A stretch of 16,264 bases of DNA from a virus. The position numbers and the translations under genes are program-made. The stretch is from UHGV virus genome UHGV-0349264. One strand, given 5' to 3'. The number at the start of each line of letters is the position of its first letter. Within the stretch, counting starts at the first letter, position 1. Shown piece by piece: positions 13,404 to 16,264 of this stretch. The notes below the pieces were generated by a model that saw only the letters and a list, made by a program, of their open reading frames with translations, ran no database searches and was not told the origin of the DNA.

Positions 13404-14311
13404 GCAATATCGTTGAATTCGTTAAACAGCAGGAGCAGTTATTCTGCGGAGCATTGACTGAACAGACGGTGACATGGGCTAAGGAAAGCCAGTTTGCAAT
13501 TCAGTATTTCCAGAAAAATGATTACCTGGCTAAAACGGCACTGGCAAATCCAACCAGCGCACAGAACGCCATCATCAATGTTGCGGCGATCGGCATCACC
13601 TTAAACCCGGCCAGCAAACTTGCTTATCTGGTTCCGCGCGACGGCATGGTTTGCCTTGATATCAGCTATATGGGATTGCTCCATATTGCAATGGAGTCTG
13701 GTGTTATCTCATGGGGTCAGGCAAAACTTGTTCATGCTAACGATACCTATGAGTCAAACGGGCTTGATAAAGCACCAACCCATAAATACAACGCCTTCGG
13801 TGATCGTGGTGATATCGTTGGCGTTTACTGCACAGTTAAGACGCCAGCAGGTGATTATCTAACGGAAGAGATGAGTCTGGCTGAAATTGATGCTGTAAGG
13901 AAAACAAGCAAGGCAGCATTCAGCGATAAAGGACCATGGGTAAATCACTGGAATGAGATGGCGCGAAAGACGGTCGTAAAGCGTGCAAGCAAGTATTGGC
14001 CTAAGGCATCACGTCTTGATAGTGCTATTCACGTACTAAACGAAGAAGAAGGTGTGTGGACTGAACCAGTTATGCCGCACAAATCAGAGGAAGATATCCG
14101 CGAAGATGAACGGAAACGCCAGCAGGAAATAATGGATAAAGTACAACTTCTTTGCGATGAAATGGCTCAGGCAGAAAACATGGATGATTTGAAGCGATAT
14201 TTTGCAGAAGCATATCGCCTAACATCTGGAATGAAATTACAGCAGAACGTACAAGCCATTTACATAGAATGCAAAGCGAAACTGGAGGTTGCCAGTGAGC
14301 AAACTATATGA
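13400..14311 (+). CDS. recT: RecT-family single-strand annealing recombinase
   Basis: 303-aa product. The motif GPWVNHWNEMARKTVVKRASKYWP matches the conserved RecT core (GPWVTHWEEMAKKTAIRRLFKYLP in E. coli RecT as recalled). Confidence 0.9.
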   Translation: MSNIVEFVKQQEQLFCGALTEQTVTWAKESQFAIQYFQKNDYLAKTALANPTSAQNAIINVAAIGITLNPASKLAYLVPRDGMVCLDISYMGLLHIAMESGVISWGQAKLVHANDTYESNGLDKAPTHKYNAFGDRGDIVGVYCTVKTPAGDYLTEEMSLAEIDAVRKTSKAAFSDKGPWVNHWNEMARKTVVKRASKYWPKASRLDSAIHVLNEEEGVWTEPVMPHKSEEDIREDERKRQQEIMDKVQLLCDEMAQAENMDDLKRYFAEAYRLTSGMKLQQNVQAIYIECKAKLEVASEQTI

Positions 14312-14777
14312 AATAGCCAATGAATACGCAAAATTGATGGATTCAGATTTAGAACCAGAGATGATTGCTGACACAATAGAAGGCATGGAAGGAGAATTTA
14401 CCGATAAAATAGAGCAACTTCTCGCCATTATTAAAAATGAATCTGGTTATGCTGAACGCCTCAAGGACGAGGCAAAGTCACTGAATGAACGAGCAGCAGT
14501 AATTCAAAATAAGATTGATAGCATTATGGCATATATAGCCTCATCGCTTGAAATGGTTGGCAAGAAAAAGATTAGAGCAGGTATTCACCAGGTAACAATC
14601 CGCAAACCGTCAGAAACTGTAGAAATCATCGACTCAAGCGCCCTTCCTCCTGAATACGTTGAGTTTGAAACGACAATTAAAGCCGACAAGTTGGCAATCA
14701 AGCACCAACTAAAAGCAGGATTAAATATCCCCGGTGCTCAACTCAAAGTTGGGAAACCTTCACTTCTTATCAAATAA
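14295..14777 (+). CDS. Hypothetical coiled-coil protein; size and position suggest a Gp157-like family member
   Basis: About 160 aa, predicted helical/coiled-coil. Probable GTG start at 14295 after RBS GGAGG (the track ORF starts with TTG at 14289). The family call is from recollection only. Confidence 0.55.
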   Translation: MSKLYEIANEYAKLMDSDLEPEMIADTIEGMEGEFTDKIEQLLAIIKNESGYAERLKDEAKSLNERAAVIQNKIDSIMAYIASSLEMVGKKKIRAGIHQVTIRKPSETVEIIDSSALPPEYVEFETTIKADKLAIKHQLKAGLNIPGAQLKVGKPSLLIK

Positions 14778-14788
14778 CGGTATCGCCT

Positions 14789-15103
14789 ATGAAAAAGACT
14801 CCATGGGAGAAATGGGAAGTCGATTTCTTGCGCGAGGTAGCGGCGACAATGCCAGTTGAAGTTATCGCAGAAAAACTGGAAAGGACTGAAAAAGCAGTAA
14901 TGGCGAAAGCAACAAGGATTGGCGCTGACATTGTTAGCCGACTTCGTGGAAGACGCTGGACAAGAGCCGAAGTATCAATTTTCGGTAAGTTCTCTGCAGA
15001 AGAAATAGCAATTGCAACCTGCCGCTCAATTTATTCAGTAAGAGCTATGCGATACAAGCTAAAAAAACTCGATGAAGAAAGAGCAGGCATACAAATAAAT
15101 TAA
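14789..15103 (+). CDS. Hypothetical 104-aa protein with an internal two-fold repeat (possible tandem HTH/SANT-like)
   Basis: The two halves align (..WEVDFLREV..VEVIAEKLERTEKAVMAKATRIG versus ..WTRAEVSIFGKF..AEEIAIATCRSIYSVRAMRYKL). Confidence 0.55.
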   Translation: MKKTPWEKWEVDFLREVAATMPVEVIAEKLERTEKAVMAKATRIGADIVSRLRGRRWTRAEVSIFGKFSAEEIAIATCRSIYSVRAMRYKLKKLDEERAGIQIN

Positions 15104-15119
15104 CATGGAGTAATTAACA

Positions 15120-15401
15120 ATGAAGCTAAACATCGACCTAGGAAAATACGTTATTACCGGAACCAAACACGATCTGATTCTTAGCGAAAGAGGAATTATC
15201 AAAGAAGGCGAGAATGCAGGGAAAGAAACACTAAGTCGTATCGGTTATTACAGCAAGTTTGAGCATCTGGTTAAAGAGTTATGCAACCGTGAAATCCTGT
15301 TATCTCAGGCGCAGACGCTACAGGATATTCAGCAGCATATCGAGACTTTAGGTATGTCACTTAGCATGGCTATTGACCAGTTCGTGGAGAGTAAATCATG
15401 A
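15120..15401 (+). CDS. Hypothetical 93-aa protein
   Basis: Clean ORF with RBS GGAG. Function unknown. Confidence 0.6.
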   Translation: MKLNIDLGKYVITGTKHDLILSERGIIKEGENAGKETLSRIGYYSKFEHLVKELCNREILLSQAQTLQDIQQHIETLGMSLSMAIDQFVESKS

Positions 15402-15565
15402 GAGGACTTACATACAATCCCGGCATTCTTCCGGCAGAAATGATTATTCGTCAACGCGTAAAGCCAATGCCATCGAGAGAGGAATTGCTTAAGCGAAATT
15501 CTTTTCTGTCAGTGAATCAAAACAAATATCTGAATGCGATGTGGCGCAAAGGAGGCAACCAGTGA
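15398..15565 (+). CDS. Possible 55-aa protein
   Basis: ATGA overlap with the upstream ORF. Hand-translated [55 protein letters not shown]. Confidence 0.4.
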   Translation: MRGLTYNPGILPAEMIIRQRVKPMPSREELLKRNSFLSVNQNKYLNAMWRKGGNQ

Positions 15566-16167
15566 GCAAGATTAACTATCAAGCACTGCGTGAAAAGGCA
15601 GAGAAAGCAACATGTGGCGAGTGGTCGCTCGAATATGGAGAGGGCCGATTTGATGGTGATGATGCACTAATTCATCGCGAGGCTGATGGATATATTCCCA
15701 TTTGCAGAATTGAAGGAGCGCATCCTGAAAGCGGTTTCGATGAAGATTTCCAAATGGAACAGCAGGCAAATGCTGAATTCATCGCCGCAGCCAATCCGGC
15801 TACCGTGCTGACACTGCTGGACGAGCTGGAAACAGCAAAAAAGCGCATAGCAGAACTGGAAGCCGAACCCGTAAGCCAAACTTACAAGTTGAACGAGCTA
15901 TCGGGCAACTCTCCGGTAACTCCGGATGGTTGGATAAGATGTAGTGAGCGAATGCCAGAAATGGGAGAGCGACAATGCTATGTGTTAGCAGCTGACTTTA
16001 AAAACAACTACCCGCCAAACATCCCCAACACTCAGGTCGGTGTATATGGCGACTGGTTTAATGATGGCAATCCCACTTGGGATGACGGTGATGGCGAAGA
16101 CCTGTATCTCAAAGAGGTAACCCACTGGATGTCGCTACCAGAACAGCCTCGATTAAAGGAGCTATAA
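15562..16167 (+). CDS. Ea22-like early protein with C-terminal DUF551-like domain
   Basis: Probable GTG start after RBS AGGAGG. It has a central coiled-coil ([18 protein letters not shown]) and a C-terminal motif (..[18 protein letters not shown]) typical of DUF551 proteins in lambdoid early-left regions, as recalled. Confidence 0.65.
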   Translation: MSKINYQALREKAEKATCGEWSLEYGEGRFDGDDALIHREADGYIPICRIEGAHPESGFDEDFQMEQQANAEFIAAANPATVLTLLDELETAKKRIAELEAEPVSQTYKLNELSGNSPVTPDGWIRCSERMPEMGERQCYVLAADFKNNYPPNIPNTQVGVYGDWFNDGNPTWDDGDGEDLYLKEVTHWMSLPEQPRLKEL

Positions 16168-16264
16168 TAGTGAACTATTATATCTATTTGTATTAAAAGA
16201 GTTTTTATAAAATAAATCTTCCAAAGCATGTAAAAACACTGTTAATCTTAACGTGTGTGAAACG

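Noticed and set aside
13620-13862. 80-aa plus-strand ORF
   Set aside because: It is an alternative frame inside recT.
14237-14428. 63-aa minus-strand ORF
   Set aside because: It is antisense across the junction of recT and the downstream coiled-coil gene.
15572-16229. Three minus-strand ORFs of 65 to 70 aa
   Set aside because: They are antisense to the Ea22/DUF551-like gene or lie in AT-rich sequence at the window end.
1-16264. CRISPR arrays, insertion sequences, integrase/att sites, rRNA
   Set aside because: I found no regularly spaced direct repeats with spacers, no transposase-like ORF or terminal inverted repeats, and no integrase. The only repeat array is the ori iterons inside O.

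Overview
This window is the central part of a mosaic lambdoid (lambda/P22-like) prophage of an enterobacterium. It runs from the lysis cassette through the nin region, replication module and immunity region into the early-left (pL) operon. On the minus strand (the pR/late direction) the order is cro, cII, a small ORF, O-like initiator with internal ori iterons, DnaB-type helicase, a tR2-like terminator, ninB, ninD, ninE, ninF, Rha/KilAC antirepressor, ybcO-like, rusA, ninH-like, Q, pR'/6S-like RNA/tR', two tRNA-like genes, S holin, R endolysin, Rz/Rz1. On the plus strand are a cI repressor, an independently promoted and terminated 173-aa gene of unknown function in the rex/moron slot, pL with nutL, a P22-type N, a cIII-like gene, several small unknown ORFs, a RecT-family recombinase, and an Ea22/DUF551-like protein. 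The most striking feature is a 339-aa LAGLIDADG intein interrupting the P-loop of the helicase, with a non-nucleophilic Ala at position 1 and a class-3-like W/C/T signature. The second is the 173-aa gene sitting between cI and pL as its own transcription unit. All family assignments rest on reading the translated ORFs and on recollection of reference proteins; no database search was run.
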